Below, piece by piece: positions 44,828 through 55,799 of a stretch of DNA of 64,000 nt. Made by a program: the position numbers and the translations under genes. How positions within the stretch are numbered: the stretch's first letter is position 1; each line of letters starts with the position of its first letter. The stretch is taken from contig CAZUKA010000001.1 of the NCBI GenBank assembly GCA_964620905.1, forward strand, positions 298,589 through 362,588, in the 5' to 3' direction. The DNA comes from an uncultured Gammaproteobacteria bacterium. Its GTDB lineage: Bacteria > Patescibacteriota > Patescibacteriia > S139-126. The notes below the pieces were generated by a model that worked only from the letters and a program-made list of their open reading frames with translations, searched no databases and was not told the DNA's origin.

Positions 44828-46351
44828 TTATAAAGTCTTATTGAAATCTTCAATCACTTGTTTTAATTTATTTTCAATTTCTTCTGTTAACTGTTTTTCC
44901 TGGCTTAATTGTTGACGTAATTTATCACCTGAAGTTTTTAAATAGTCAATAAATTTGTCTTGCCAATTTTTTATATTATCAACTGAAATATTATCAAGAT
45001 AACCATTAGTCAAAGCATACAATACTGCCACCTGATCAACTACGTCAATTAAAACATATTGTGCCTGCTTTAAAATTTCAGTAGCTCTTTTACCAAGTTC
45101 AATCTGTTTTTTGGTAGCTTCATCCAAATCAGAACTAAACTGGGCAAAAGCTGCCAGCTCCCGATACTGGGCCATGTCTAAACGCAATTTTCCAGCCACT
45201 TTTTTCATAGCTTTAATTTGCGCTGCGCTACCAACACGCGAGACTGAAAGTCCCGCATTGATAGCTGGACGGATTCCTTGATAAAACAAATCGGATTCCA
45301 AATATATTTGCCCATCAGTGATAGAAATTACATTGGTGGGAATATAAGCCGACACGTCACCTGCCTGAGTTTCAATAATTGGCAAAGCTGTCAATGACCC
45401 TCCACCATATTTTTCCGACAGTTTAGCAGCTCGTTCCAGTAAACGGGAATGCAAATAAAACACATCACCTGGATAAGCTTCTCGGCCCGGTGGGCGTTTC
45501 AAAAGTAAAGATATTTGCCGATAGGCCCAAGCGTGTTTAGACAAATCATCATAAACTACTAAAACATCTTTACCTTGATCCATAAAATATTCCCCCATGG
45601 CACAACCAGCATAAGGTGCAATATAAGATAAGGCCGCGGGGTCAGAAGCGGAAGCTAAAACTACAATCGTATGATCCATTGCCCCAGACTCTGTCAATTT
45701 GGCAACAATTTTGGCAATTTTCGATTCTTTTTGCCCGATCGCCACATAAATACAAATGATATCCTTGCCTTTCTGATTGATGATGGTATCAATCGCAATC
45801 GCCGTCTTACCAGTTTGCCGGTCACCAATTATCAGCTCTCTTTGTCCCCGACCAATCGGAATCATACTATCGATCGCGACGATACCGGTCTGAACAGGTG
45901 TATCAACTTTCTTTCTAGTAATTACCCGCGGAGCTATTTTTTCCACTGGATACATCTTTCCTGTATCAATTGCACCTTTATTATCCAAAGCCAGTCCTAA
46001 GGGATTGACTACCCGTCCGATTAATTTTTCTCCCACAGGTACAGACAAAATTTTACCAGTACCAATGGCTCGATCGCCTTCTTTCAATTTATTGGCTTCA
46101 CCTAAAATCATCACCCCCAAAATTTCTTCTTCCAAATTCAAAGCAACTCCATACACTTTTTCTCCATTTTCGCTACTAGGAAGAAATTCAATCATTTCTG
46201 CTTGCATGGCATCATACAAACCAGCCACTCTGGCAATACCATCACCAACCTCAATAATCGTACCAAATTTTTCTTCTCGGGTTTGTAATTCGGTTTTGGT
46301 AATTTGTTTTTTCAACTCATCAATTATGTATTGTTTTGTTTCAATTGACAT
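44828..46351 (-). CDS. atpA: ATP synthase alpha subunit
   Basis: GDRQTGKT and [14 protein letters not shown] motifs. Confidence 0.99.
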   Translation of the reverse strand: MSIETKQYIIDELKKQITKTELQTREEKFGTIIEVGDGIARVAGLYDAMQAEMIEFLPSSENGEKVYGVALNLEEEILGVMILGEANKLKEGDRAIGTGKILSVPVGEKLIGRVVNPLGLALDNKGAIDTGKMYPVEKIAPRVITRKKVDTPVQTGIVAIDSMIPIGRGQRELIIGDRQTGKTAIAIDTIINQKGKDIICIYVAIGQKESKIAKIVAKLTESGAMDHTIVVLASASDPAALSYIAPYAGCAMGEYFMDQGKDVLVVYDDLSKHAWAYRQISLLLKRPPGREAYPGDVFYLHSRLLERAAKLSEKYGGGSLTALPIIETQAGDVSAYIPTNVISITDGQIYLESDLFYQGIRPAINAGLSVSRVGSAAQIKAMKKVAGKLRLDMAQYRELAAFAQFSSDLDEATKKQIELGKRATEILKQAQYVLIDVVDQVAVLYALTNGYLDNISVDNIKNWQDKFIDYLKTSGDKLRQQLSQEKQLTEEIENKLKQVIEDFNKTL

Positions 46352-46372
46352 ATAAATTAGACATTATATTAA

Positions 46373-46768
46373 TTAAGATAAATTTTTTTTCATCAATTTA
46401 AGCTTGCCGGACATTGTATCATCCCATAAATTATCATCCCATGATATTTGTAACCCGGCCAATAAATCTGACTCAACATTATTCTGTAATTCAATTTTAG
46501 CGTTCAGTCGTTTAGCCATAGTTTGCTCAATCAATTTTTTTTCTAGGTTAGTTAAGACCTTAGCCGAATCAACTTTAATAGTTTTAATATTATGGTGCTG
46601 ATTGTATACCTTAGAAAATTCTGACAAAATTTGCTTACCAAAATGTAAGGCTTGGTGATCATGTAAATACTGGACAAAATCAGCAACTATTTTGTTAATT
46701 TCAGTTTTATTTTTTCCCTCAACCAACCGAACTAAACTACGAGCATAATTTTTTGGTTTGATCTTCAT
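46373..46768 (-). CDS. atpH: ATP synthase delta subunit (short)
   Basis: YARSL motif, OSCP-like C-terminus, operon position. Confidence 0.85.
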   Translation of the reverse strand: MKIKPKNYARSLVRLVEGKNKTEINKIVADFVQYLHDHQALHFGKQILSEFSKVYNQHHNIKTIKVDSAKVLTNLEKKLIEQTMAKRLNAKIELQNNVESDLLAGLQISWDDNLWDDTMSGKLKLMKKNLS

Positions 46769-46771
46769 GAT

Positions 46772-47275
46772 TTATTGTTTATCAATTTCGTTAATTACTT
46801 TTTTGATAGCCATTTCATCAATTTTTTCACTAATAAAATGTTCCAATATTTTCTTGGTTAACATAACAACCAATGCCGCTGTTTCTTGTTTTAAATCTGC
46901 TTGTAATAGTTTTTTTTCATCAACAATTTGTTGTTTAGCTTGCTCAACGATATTTTGGGCATCAACTTTAGTCTTCGCGAGTAAAGTTTGTCGCTGACTT
47001 TCCGCCGCCGCAGTTGCCTCAGTGATAATAGCTTGTGATTCTTTTTTTGCTTGAATAATCTTAGCTTCATAATCACTTTCGGTTTTAGCCAACTTTTCTT
47101 CTATTATCTTGGCTTGTTCTAAACTTTTTGCTATCTCGGCACTACGATTATCCATTGTTTTTCGTAATGGCTTAAAAGCAAACTTCCACAAAACCCCGAG
47201 CACTATAAAAAAATTGACAAGTTGAGCAAGTAATAATTTCCAATCAATATAAAATGTTTTTACTAGTTCGTCCAT
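46772..47275 (-). CDS. atpF: ATP synthase b subunit
   Basis: QLVNF...KFAFKPL plus a coiled coil; start set at ATG 47275. Confidence 0.93.
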   Translation of the reverse strand: MDELVKTFYIDWKLLLAQLVNFFIVLGVLWKFAFKPLRKTMDNRSAEIAKSLEQAKIIEEKLAKTESDYEAKIIQAKKESQAIITEATAAAESQRQTLLAKTKVDAQNIVEQAKQQIVDEKKLLQADLKQETAALVVMLTKKILEHFISEKIDEMAIKKVINEIDKQ

Positions 47276-47349
47276 AAAATGAAAATTAAAATTAAATAAT
47301 ATTTTTATCACGAAAGACTGAAATAATCAATCTTTCGTTCATAAAAAAA

Positions 47350-47574
<225 letters not shown>

Positions 47575-47657
47575 CTATTTATTTTCTACTCGACTTATTT
47601 GTTTTTTATTTTATAGTCGGTGAAAATAAATAATTTAATAATTAATTAGTTAACCAA

Positions 47658-48575
47658 TCAATGTTCCTCGGCAGTGGAGGCAATTGTAAAATACACCAAC
47701 GTCAACATAGCAAAAATCAAGGCCTGAATTATACCTACTATTATCTCCAAAAAAATAAACGGGATGGGTACAGCAAACGCAAAAATTGCTGCCATAGAGG
47801 CAAGTAAAACCTCACCAGCAAAAACATTACCGAACAACCTAAATGATAAAGATGCTACTTTAGCTACCTCACCAATTATTTCAATCAAACCGACAAAAAA
47901 CTTTATCGGATTGACAATTACTATTGCCGGTTCTTTCACTATCCGACCAGGGATTTCTGCCAGGGCTTTTAAATTGACAAACTTATTTAAAAAATTCCAT
48001 CCGCCAACTGTTAAAACGCCAAAAAAATTTGCAGCCAGCACTGAAAATATCGCTAAAGCCAAAGTAGTATTTAAATCAGCAGTTGCACCTCGAAACCAAG
48101 GAATAAAAGCGCTATGACCATGGCTAGTTTCAATAAAACCAATTGAACCTACCCCTGGCAACAAACCCAACCAATTATTGAGTAGTAAAAAAATAAAAAT
48201 TGTAAAAACAAAAGGAAAAATTTTTTTGGATTTTACGCTATCATGTGTGACTGAATCCATCATTTCCACGGCTTTCTCCACCATAATTTCAAATATATTT
48301 TGTATACCTTGGGGAATTTTTTTAATACTTCGGCCTAAAACAACAGCCAAAATAACCAAGACAACTACTACTGACCATGAAGAAATTAAAGAATTGGTTA
48401 CTGAAAAATTTCCAATATGAAAAATTGGTTCGGCATACAATGTGATTTCATGACTAACATGTTTATCAACTTCAACTAATTCATTACTTGATTTTTGAGC
48501 CTCGTTTTCCCCAACTATTACTGTAGCATCAACATTTTCATTATTTGCTTTATTATTATCAGAATTTTGAATCAT
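47658..48575 (-). CDS. atpB: ATP synthase a subunit
   Basis: ATADLN, SLSFRLFGNVFAGE and IQALIF motifs. Confidence 0.96.
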   Translation of the reverse strand: MIQNSDNNKANNENVDATVIVGENEAQKSSNELVEVDKHVSHEITLYAEPIFHIGNFSVTNSLISSWSVVVVLVILAVVLGRSIKKIPQGIQNIFEIMVEKAVEMMDSVTHDSVKSKKIFPFVFTIFIFLLLNNWLGLLPGVGSIGFIETSHGHSAFIPWFRGATADLNTTLALAIFSVLAANFFGVLTVGGWNFLNKFVNLKALAEIPGRIVKEPAIVIVNPIKFFVGLIEIIGEVAKVASLSFRLFGNVFAGEVLLASMAAIFAFAVPIPFIFLEIIVGIIQALIFAMLTLVYFTIASTAEEH

Positions 48576-48860
48576 TTATTTAGATTTATTTTCATTTTCT
48601 TTTTTATCTTGTTGTTTTTTTACTTCTTGTTCTGCGGCTTTAATAAAGCGAGTAGCAATGGTTATAATGCCATAAGCTGACACAAAGAAAGCAATAGCGG
48701 TTAGACTTAAAAAAAACCATGGTTCGGAATTATACTTATTATCAAAATAACGTCCGGCATACAAGGCCACTATGATTGGTCCGACTATCCAACCTGTCAC
48801 CTCAGCAAAAACTGTTAACCCCGGCCCCCACCACGGTTCAGTTTTATTTGATTTATTCAT
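48576..48860 (-). CDS. AtpZ/AtpI family protein
   Basis: G.YFD.KY.SEPW two-TM pattern; first gene of the atp operon. Confidence 0.85.
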   Translation of the reverse strand: MNKSNKTEPWWGPGLTVFAEVTGWIVGPIIVALYAGRYFDNKYNSEPWFFLSLTAIAFFVSAYGIITIATRFIKAAEQEVKKQQDKKENENKSK

Positions 48861-48953
48861 AAAAAATTTTGATTTTGATAAAGAAAAAGAAAAACCAATA
48901 AAATTACATAAAAATACTATAGGTTAATAATTTTTTTAACCTACTGAGAGACA

Positions 48954-48982
48954 ATTATAATAAAAAGTAAATAATTATTCAA
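48954..48982 (-). promoter_or_regulatory. atp operon promoter
   Basis: TTGAAT-17-TATAAT. Confidence 0.6.
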
Positions 48983-49071
48983 GGGTTTATTATTTTTTTA
49001 TTTTATATTAGCCAAAAAAATCAAAATAACCAATTCAACAAACAAATTAGATATGATACAATTAAACTAAT

Positions 49072-49533
49072 ATGGAAGAATTTATTAAAGTTTTTTTAAG
49101 TGCCCTGACACCAATTGGGGAACTAAGATTATCAATTCCTTTGGGACTTGGCACTTTTAGACTGCCTTGGTGGCAAGTTTATCTGGTATCAGTGGTGGGA
49201 AATATGATACCACCAATTTTGATTTTATGGTTATTTCCCAAAATTTCTACTTGGCTAAACCAACGCAGCAAACTGTATCAAAAATTTTTTAACTGGCTAA
49301 TTACCCGTACCAGAAACAAAACTGAAAAAAAAATCAATCAATATGGTGTGTTGGCTTTGATAATTTTTGTCGCTATCCCCCTACCAAATACAGGCGCCTG
49401 GACTGGAGCATTGGCTGCGTGGATTTTTGGACTTCCTTTCAATAAATCATTATGGTCAATTTTTATTGGCGTGTTGATTGCTGGTATTGTAGTGAGTCTT
49501 CTAACCTTAGGATTTATTAAATTGCCTTTCTAA
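49072..49533 (+). CDS. Small multi-drug export family (COG2426) membrane protein
   Basis: PIGELR.SIP and FVAIPLP.TGAWTG motifs. Confidence 0.88.
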   Translation: MEEFIKVFLSALTPIGELRLSIPLGLGTFRLPWWQVYLVSVVGNMIPPILILWLFPKISTWLNQRSKLYQKFFNWLITRTRNKTEKKINQYGVLALIIFVAIPLPNTGAWTGALAAWIFGLPFNKSLWSIFIGVLIAGIVVSLLTLGFIKLPF

Positions 49534-49583
49534 ACAAGCCAAAATAAAAAAGCCTTCGCTACCAAAGCGAAGGACACTTACTT

Positions 49584-50039
49584 TTAACAAATTGCCGGTA
49601 AGACAAACGAATATACTGCCCATACAGACAATAAATAACCCACAATGGTAAACCACATTTTCCAGTTATTTATACTTTCTTGATGTTTTTCAATATATAA
49701 AATACTACTAACACCAAGTACCAAAGCAGCTACCATTGCTAAACCAAATAAAGCAGCCAGATCATGACTAGACATATGGTGACGGGTAATAATAGCAAAC
49801 ATCAACCCGGTAACAGTAATCAGATAAGGTAGTCTATCAAACCATTTATACTTGGAAAACAGGACAAAACCCAAAGTTACACCAGTAACAATCAATAAAT
49901 TTTGCTTTGCTTTAAAAGCAAATAAGTGAATGTCACTAAACTCAAGCACAATATAAATTAAAGTAACCAGTACAAAAATAAATAATTGTCTCAGGTTTAA
50001 TCCAGCCCAAGAAGCCAATGAATAAGAAAGTTTTTCCAT
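49584..50039 (-). CDS. Orphan multi-TM membrane protein
   Basis: TTGACA promoter, GAGG SD, terminator at 49547-49574. Confidence 0.6.
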   Translation of the reverse strand: MEKLSYSLASWAGLNLRQLFIFVLVTLIYIVLEFSDIHLFAFKAKQNLLIVTGVTLGFVLFSKYKWFDRLPYLITVTGLMFAIITRHHMSSHDLAALFGLAMVAALVLGVSSILYIEKHQESINNWKMWFTIVGYLLSVWAVYSFVLPAIC

Positions 50040-50167
50040 TTTTTTCCTCTTTTTTGTTTTTGTTTATTGTTAATTAACTAGGATAAAATAATTTTAAATC
50101 AACTATTGAAATTGTCAATACAAAAATCCCTAAATTTCTAGGGATTGAATTGATAAAAAAATATTTA

Positions 50168-51202
50168 TTATTCTTCTATTTTTGGTTTTTCTAGTTCCAA
50201 AACTTCAATATTTGCATCCTGACCGGTAATTCTTGTGACGTCTTTATCAACTTTTTTAAATTCTTTATAGCCAATATTGTAAGTATTTACCACTGTTCCC
50301 AGCTGTGTACCTATTTTTTTCATATATTCATCGTAGTTGACCAAGTGTTTTTGTAAAGCTTCAACATTTTTTCTAATGTCTTTAGCTGATTCTTCTATTT
50401 GCAAAGCGCGCAGTCCTTGCAGTACAGTCTGTAAATAAGCCAAGAATGATGTGGGGGAAACGATAATTACGTGCTTATCTTTGAAGGCGTATTCTATCAA
50501 ATCCTGGGTGGAAACTTGGACGGCACCAACTTTATTGATAAGTAAATCATAGTAAATTGCCTCAGAAGGAATAAACATAAAAGCAAAATCCATTGTACCC
50601 TCACTGGGTTTGATATATTTTGAAGTTTCATCAATTCGATTTTTTAGATCCTGTTTAAAAGCTTTTTCCAATTTTTCTTTTTCTCCTTCATCAATAGTTC
50701 CTAAAATTCTTTCATAATTTTCTAAGGAAAATTTACTATCAATGGGTATAATCTTTTCTTTAACAAACACCACCGCATCAACTATCGAGCCATCGGTAAA
50801 TCCGTATTGCATTTGATAACTTTTAGGTGGTAAAACATTTTTTAAAACAGTTTCTAAATAGAATTCTCCCAGAACTCCTCTTTGTTTTGGATTTTTTAAA
50901 ATATCTTGTAAATTTTTCAATTGATCAGCAAAATTTACAACTTGCCGGTTGGTATCGTCAAGTTTTGTCAACTTTTCAGTAACATGCTGGATGATTTTGG
51001 TTGATTCCGAAAACTGGTTTTGAAACATTTTTGCCGATTCACCCAACTTGTTATCAAGGGTCTTATTTACTTCATTTATTTGATTTTGCAACATGAGTAG
51101 GGCTTGATCTTGGGAAGAATCTTTTTTTTGTTTTGTGAGCAACCAAAACATCACCGCAAAACCAACAATTATTATAAAAATTAAAATAAATTCTATCGAC
51201 AT
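50168..51202 (-). CDS. rmuC: DNA recombination protein RmuC
   Basis: PKQRG.LGE, PIDSKF, DFAFMFIPSE and VSPT motifs. Confidence 0.93.
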   Translation of the reverse strand: MSIEFILIFIIIVGFAVMFWLLTKQKKDSSQDQALLMLQNQINEVNKTLDNKLGESAKMFQNQFSESTKIIQHVTEKLTKLDDTNRQVVNFADQLKNLQDILKNPKQRGVLGEFYLETVLKNVLPPKSYQMQYGFTDGSIVDAVVFVKEKIIPIDSKFSLENYERILGTIDEGEKEKLEKAFKQDLKNRIDETSKYIKPSEGTMDFAFMFIPSEAIYYDLLINKVGAVQVSTQDLIEYAFKDKHVIIVSPTSFLAYLQTVLQGLRALQIEESAKDIRKNVEALQKHLVNYDEYMKKIGTQLGTVVNTYNIGYKEFKKVDKDVTRITGQDANIEVLELEKPKIEE

Positions 51203-51203
51203 A

Positions 51204-52043
51204 TTAAATATTGAAAAAATTTCTAGCTGTTTGTGTAGTAACCTCAGCTACCCTATCATAACTTATGTTTTTTAATTCTGCAATTTTTTCTGCCACCAAA
51301 CGCACATGGCTTGGTTCGTTCCTTTTGCCACGATTAGGTTCGGGTGATAAATAGGGTGCATCAGTCTCTATCATTATTTTTTCCAAAGGCAACTCTTTGG
51401 CTAAACTTTGTAAAATATGGGCGTTTTTAAAAGTAATAATACCGGTAAAACTAACTAGTAAACCCCGTTCAATAAATTTTTTTGCCTGTTCCAAATTTCC
51501 ACTAAAACAATGTACCACCCCTTTATAGTAGCCAGTCTTATCTAAAACCGCCAAAACATCATCATATGCATCTACCGTTCCCTTACTAGGACGGGTATGA
51601 ATAACTATGGGTTTATTGACGGACTTAGCTAACTTCATTCCTGCTAAAAAAACTTGCTGTTGTAATTCTTTTATTTCAACTGGATCTTGATCGTCAGGTA
51701 AATGAAAATAGTCAATCCCCATTTCACCAACACCAACCACTTTGGGGTTTTCCAACAGTTCAGCATATTTTTCATAATCAAATTTTTCCGCCCGAGATCT
51801 AAAATTTAAATTCTGTTCAAATTCATCAATCTCCATTTCGTACAAATGAATCGGATGTAGACCAACGACGGCATAAACACCTTGATTATATTTATTGGCT
51901 ATCTCTATGGCTCGAAGTGAAGTTGACAGTTGACTGCCAATATTAATCAACCAAATATCACTGGATAAACTTCTCTCAATCACTTCGGTAGCATCATCTT
52001 TATAAGCAGAAAAATTAACATGGCAATGTGTATCTATCAACAT
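51204..52043 (-). CDS. tatD: TatD family DNase
   Basis: DTHCH, GLHP, GEMGIDY, HCFSG and ETDAPYL motifs. Confidence 0.93.
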   Translation of the reverse strand: MLIDTHCHVNFSAYKDDATEVIERSLSSDIWLINIGSQLSTSLRAIEIANKYNQGVYAVVGLHPIHLYEMEIDEFEQNLNFRSRAEKFDYEKYAELLENPKVVGVGEMGIDYFHLPDDQDPVEIKELQQQVFLAGMKLAKSVNKPIVIHTRPSKGTVDAYDDVLAVLDKTGYYKGVVHCFSGNLEQAKKFIERGLLVSFTGIITFKNAHILQSLAKELPLEKIMIETDAPYLSPEPNRGKRNEPSHVRLVAEKIAELKNISYDRVAEVTTQTARNFFNI

Positions 52044-52044
52044 G

Positions 52045-52563
52045 TCAAAAATTTATTAATACTTTCATTTTATCAATCGTTTCCGGAATTAAAGGGGTTA
52101 AAATTTCTGCAAACTTAAGTAACTGTCTAGCAATTTGTGAACCCTCAATTTTGTTTAATATAGTACCACTAAACGGAAAACGTACTAAAAAATAAAATGC
52201 TATTCCCACAATCAAACTACCCTCCAAGCAACCAAAAACTGCCCCGGCCAATTTATTCAAAGATTTGGTAAAAGGTATAAAACGCAACAAATTGAAAGCT
52301 CGATCTAAAATATAAGTAAAAAGTTTAAACAACTTACCCACGGCTACTAACAAAAAAATAAATACAAAAAACTTGGCAAAAATTTCACTGCCAAAAAACA
52401 ACCACTGCCAAGAACTGGCAATTGGTGCAAAATATCGGGCAGCAAAAAATACTCCCACCAAAAACCCTACTAAACCTCCCAAGGTACGGATAAAACCGGA
52501 TTTAAATCCCGCCCAGGTATAATAAAGAATTACTACAATAATTACTATCTCCAAAAATGACAT
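52045..52563 (-). CDS. cvpA: CvpA (colicin V production) family membrane protein
   Basis: GFKSGFI and NKLAGAVFG.LEG motifs. Confidence 0.85.
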   Translation of the reverse strand: MSFLEIVIIVVILYYTWAGFKSGFIRTLGGLVGFLVGVFFAARYFAPIASSWQWLFFGSEIFAKFFVFIFLLVAVGKLFKLFTYILDRAFNLLRFIPFTKSLNKLAGAVFGCLEGSLIVGIAFYFLVRFPFSGTILNKIEGSQIARQLLKFAEILTPLIPETIDKMKVLINF

Positions 52564-52573
52564 ATATTTTTAT

Positions 52574-54037
52574 TTAATTTACTAAACGAGGAAAAAGCGG
52601 TTCGGCTTTGGCTATTTTTTCAGCTGTCATTATTGTTTCTATTTTAGCTGCCGTATCTGGTAAATAGGGTTTTAACTGTTTACTCAACTCCAAAATAGCT
52701 ACAGCTATAATAGACAAAGTATTTTTTATTTTTTCTATATCACCACTATTACCAGATTTTGCTAGTTGCCAAGGTTTGGTAACATCAATCAACTTGTTTA
52801 ATTCATCAATATTTTTTTTGACTTCGTCCAACGCTTTATCAAAGTGTAAATTTTCTGTATATTCAGCAATCTGTGGCCAATTAAAATTACTAGTAATAGA
52901 AAAATCAACTTGCCCGTCCAAATAATTTGCAATCATATTGGTTGTTCGGGAAATAAGATTACCCAAACCATTAGTCAAATCAGCTGTGTATAATTCACGA
53001 AACCTTTTTTCTGAAAAATCACCATCACCCCTGGTAGGTATTTCTTTTAGTAAATAATAACGCACGGGATCAACACTAAAATTTTTTACCAAAGCCAGAG
53101 GATCAATTACGTTGCCCAATGATTTGGACATTTTCTTGCCCTCAATCGTTATATAACCATGGACAAATAATCGATCGGGTAATTTTAAACCAGCGGCGAG
53201 TAACATTGCTGGCCAAATAGCTGCGTGAAAACGCAAAATACCCTTACCAATCACATGGGTGATAAACCCTTGCTGCCAAAAATTATTAAAATTTTTATCA
53301 TCATCAGCATACCCCAAGGCTGATATATAATTGGTTAAAGCATCACACCAGACATACATCACTTGACTGTCATCGCCAGGTACTGGTACACCCCAATTTA
53401 GTTTTTCTCTAGGTCGAGAAAAACTAACCCGACTAAAACCCTCTTTTAAAATATTAATGATTTCATTTTCCCGACTTTTAGGAACGATGGCCAATTTACC
53501 ACTTGTAATGCTATCGATAATTATTTGGGAATACTTGCCTAAATTGAAAAAATAATTTTCTTCATGTAACACTTCTGGTTCAGTATTATGATCTGGGCAT
53601 TTACCATCAACTAAATCTTTATCCAATTTAAATTCTTCACAACCCACACAATACAATCCCTCATATTTATCTTTGTACAAATCACCATTATCAGCTAACT
53701 TATTCCACATCTTAAAAACAGCTGGCCAATGATTATTTTGATCTGAAGTCCTAATAAATGCGTCATTGGAAATATTATAAACTTTTACCAATTCTTGGAA
53801 TTTAGCGGCATTTTGATCAACAAAATCTTGTGGTTCCATCCCTAACTTCTTTGCGCTAGTAAAATTTTTTGTACCGTGTTCGTCAGTCCCAGTTAAAAAA
53901 AACACTTGCTTGCCTTGAGCACGCCAATATCTAGCCAACACATCGGCTTGCACTTTTTCCAAGGCATGCCCAAGATGTGGTTGAGCATTGACATAATCAA
54001 TGGCCGTAGTTATATAAATTGAACTATTTTTATTCAT
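52574..54037 (-). CDS. metG: Methionine--tRNA ligase
   Basis: PHLGH, GTDEHG, YVWCDAL and KMSKSLGN motifs. Confidence 0.97.
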   Translation of the reverse strand: MNKNSSIYITTAIDYVNAQPHLGHALEKVQADVLARYWRAQGKQVFFLTGTDEHGTKNFTSAKKLGMEPQDFVDQNAAKFQELVKVYNISNDAFIRTSDQNNHWPAVFKMWNKLADNGDLYKDKYEGLYCVGCEEFKLDKDLVDGKCPDHNTEPEVLHEENYFFNLGKYSQIIIDSITSGKLAIVPKSRENEIINILKEGFSRVSFSRPREKLNWGVPVPGDDSQVMYVWCDALTNYISALGYADDDKNFNNFWQQGFITHVIGKGILRFHAAIWPAMLLAAGLKLPDRLFVHGYITIEGKKMSKSLGNVIDPLALVKNFSVDPVRYYLLKEIPTRGDGDFSEKRFRELYTADLTNGLGNLISRTTNMIANYLDGQVDFSITSNFNWPQIAEYTENLHFDKALDEVKKNIDELNKLIDVTKPWQLAKSGNSGDIEKIKNTLSIIAVAILELSKQLKPYLPDTAAKIETIMTAEKIAKAEPLFPRLVN

Positions 54038-54718
54038 TTATTCAAAAAATTTGGGGGCGATTACTAGAACAAACTCTCCCTTTACCTTATCATTTTTTAA
54101 TTTTTCAGCAACTTGGTTAGGGTAACCTCGATAAATTCTTTCAAATTTTTTAGTCAACTCACGTGCCAACATTATCTTTCTTTGGGGGATATAAATTATT
54201 AGTTCTTGTAAAAATTTATTGATACGGTGCACAGATTCATAACAAACTACGGCTATCTCAGTTTGATCAATCTGTCGCAAAAAAGTTTGTCTACCTTTTT
54301 TATGGGGCACAAATCCCATAAAAATAAATCGATCGACAGGAAAACCGCTAACCGATAAAGCTGCAACCACTGCCGCTGGTCCCGGTAAGGGAACAATTTC
54401 CAAATCATCTCCAAATTTTTTATATAACTTTTCTACCAATAAACCACCCGGATCAGAAATACCGGGAGTACCAGCATCTGTCACGTAAGCAACCTGCTGA
54501 TTTGTCTGCAAACAACTTGTTATTTTCAGCAAAGAGTTATCCTTGGAATGTTGATGAAATGACAATAAAGGTTTAGTAATTTTATATCTAGTCAATAACC
54601 GCTGTGTTACTCTAGTATCTTCACACACTATCAAATCAACTTGCCGTAATACTGATAAGGCGCGGATAGTAATATCCTCCAAATTTCCTATCGGTGTAGC
54701 TAACAAATAAAGTCGCAT
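54038..54718 (-). CDS. rsmI: 16S rRNA C1402 2'-O-methyltransferase
   Basis: TPIGNLEDIT, CEDTR, DAGTPGISDPG and RELTK motifs. Confidence 0.96.
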   Translation of the reverse strand: MRLYLLATPIGNLEDITIRALSVLRQVDLIVCEDTRVTQRLLTRYKITKPLLSFHQHSKDNSLLKITSCLQTNQQVAYVTDAGTPGISDPGGLLVEKLYKKFGDDLEIVPLPGPAAVVAALSVSGFPVDRFIFMGFVPHKKGRQTFLRQIDQTEIAVVCYESVHRINKFLQELIIYIPQRKIMLARELTKKFERIYRGYPNQVAEKLKNDKVKGEFVLVIAPKFFE

Positions 54719-54721
54719 GAT

Positions 54722-55789
54722 TTAGCCATTATCCACTCGACCACTCCCCTTATACTGCCAAGGATAATCCATAAAATCTTTCAAAAAAATACTCAAAATA
54801 ATAGCCACCGGAATTGAAATAATTGCCCCCACTGGGCCGCCAATTTTAGCACCAATTAAAATTGATAAAATCACAATCACCGGATTAAGCCCCACGGCCT
54901 TAGACATTATCTTTGGAGTGAGAAAACTATTTTCGATTTGTTGAATAAAAAAATAAAGTAATATAGTAAATACACCCATCCAAGGAGAAAGTGTAAAGCC
55001 AATTAGCACACCAGGCAACGCTCCTAAAAAAGGCCCCACATAAGGTATTATTTCAGTAATTGCAGCGATTAAAGCCAGGACAAAAGCATATTTGATACCC
55101 AATATTTTTAAACCAATATATACTAAAGTACCAACCGCCAAACTCAAAATCATTTGCCCTCGCAACCATTGACCCATACGTAAAGAAATGCGATCCATTA
55201 ATTCTATTAAATATGACTGATATTTTTTGGGGCTAATAGAAGTGATAAATTTTTTCGTATTATCTTCTTCAATTATCATATAAAAAGTCATGACCAAAAC
55301 GGAAAATAAAGAAATAACACCACCAAATACTCCTCCAACAAAAGTAAGTACATTACCGGAAGTTTGTCCAACATTAGCTTGCCAACCGCTTAAGAGTGTT
55401 CTTAAATTTCCAATCACCTCTTGACCCACGGCAGTTGTTCTGATATTTGTCAACCAGGAAGTAAACTGATCAATAAAACGAGGTAAATTTTTTATTAACT
55501 CATTGGCCTGTTCTATTACGACTGGTACCATCAAACCAACGGCCAAAGAAAAGAATCCTAAAACAATAATATAAATTCCCAAAATACTAAAACCCCTAGG
55601 AATTTTTTTCTTTTGCATCCAATCAACCCAAGGATCAAAAGCGGACGATAATACAATAGCAATAAGCAACAAAAACAAAATATCACGCACTAACCAAACA
55701 AAACCTATAATCAATAAGACTGCAATAACCTTAAAGAAAGTTAGAGTGGATACTGTTACCATCACAGGTTGTTTGTTGTCACCGTTCAT
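54722..55789 (-). CDS. AI-2E family transporter
   Basis: IPYVGP, QQIE...L.PKIM..AVGLNP motifs. Confidence 0.9.
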   Translation of the reverse strand: MNGDNKQPVMVTVSTLTFFKVIAVLLIIGFVWLVRDILFLLLIAIVLSSAFDPWVDWMQKKKIPRGFSILGIYIIVLGFFSLAVGLMVPVVIEQANELIKNLPRFIDQFTSWLTNIRTTAVGQEVIGNLRTLLSGWQANVGQTSGNVLTFVGGVFGGVISLFSVLVMTFYMIIEEDNTKKFITSISPKKYQSYLIELMDRISLRMGQWLRGQMILSLAVGTLVYIGLKILGIKYAFVLALIAAITEIIPYVGPFLGALPGVLIGFTLSPWMGVFTILLYFFIQQIENSFLTPKIMSKAVGLNPVIVILSILIGAKIGGPVGAIISIPVAIILSIFLKDFMDYPWQYKGSGRVDNG

Positions 55790-55799
55790 ATGTTTAAAA

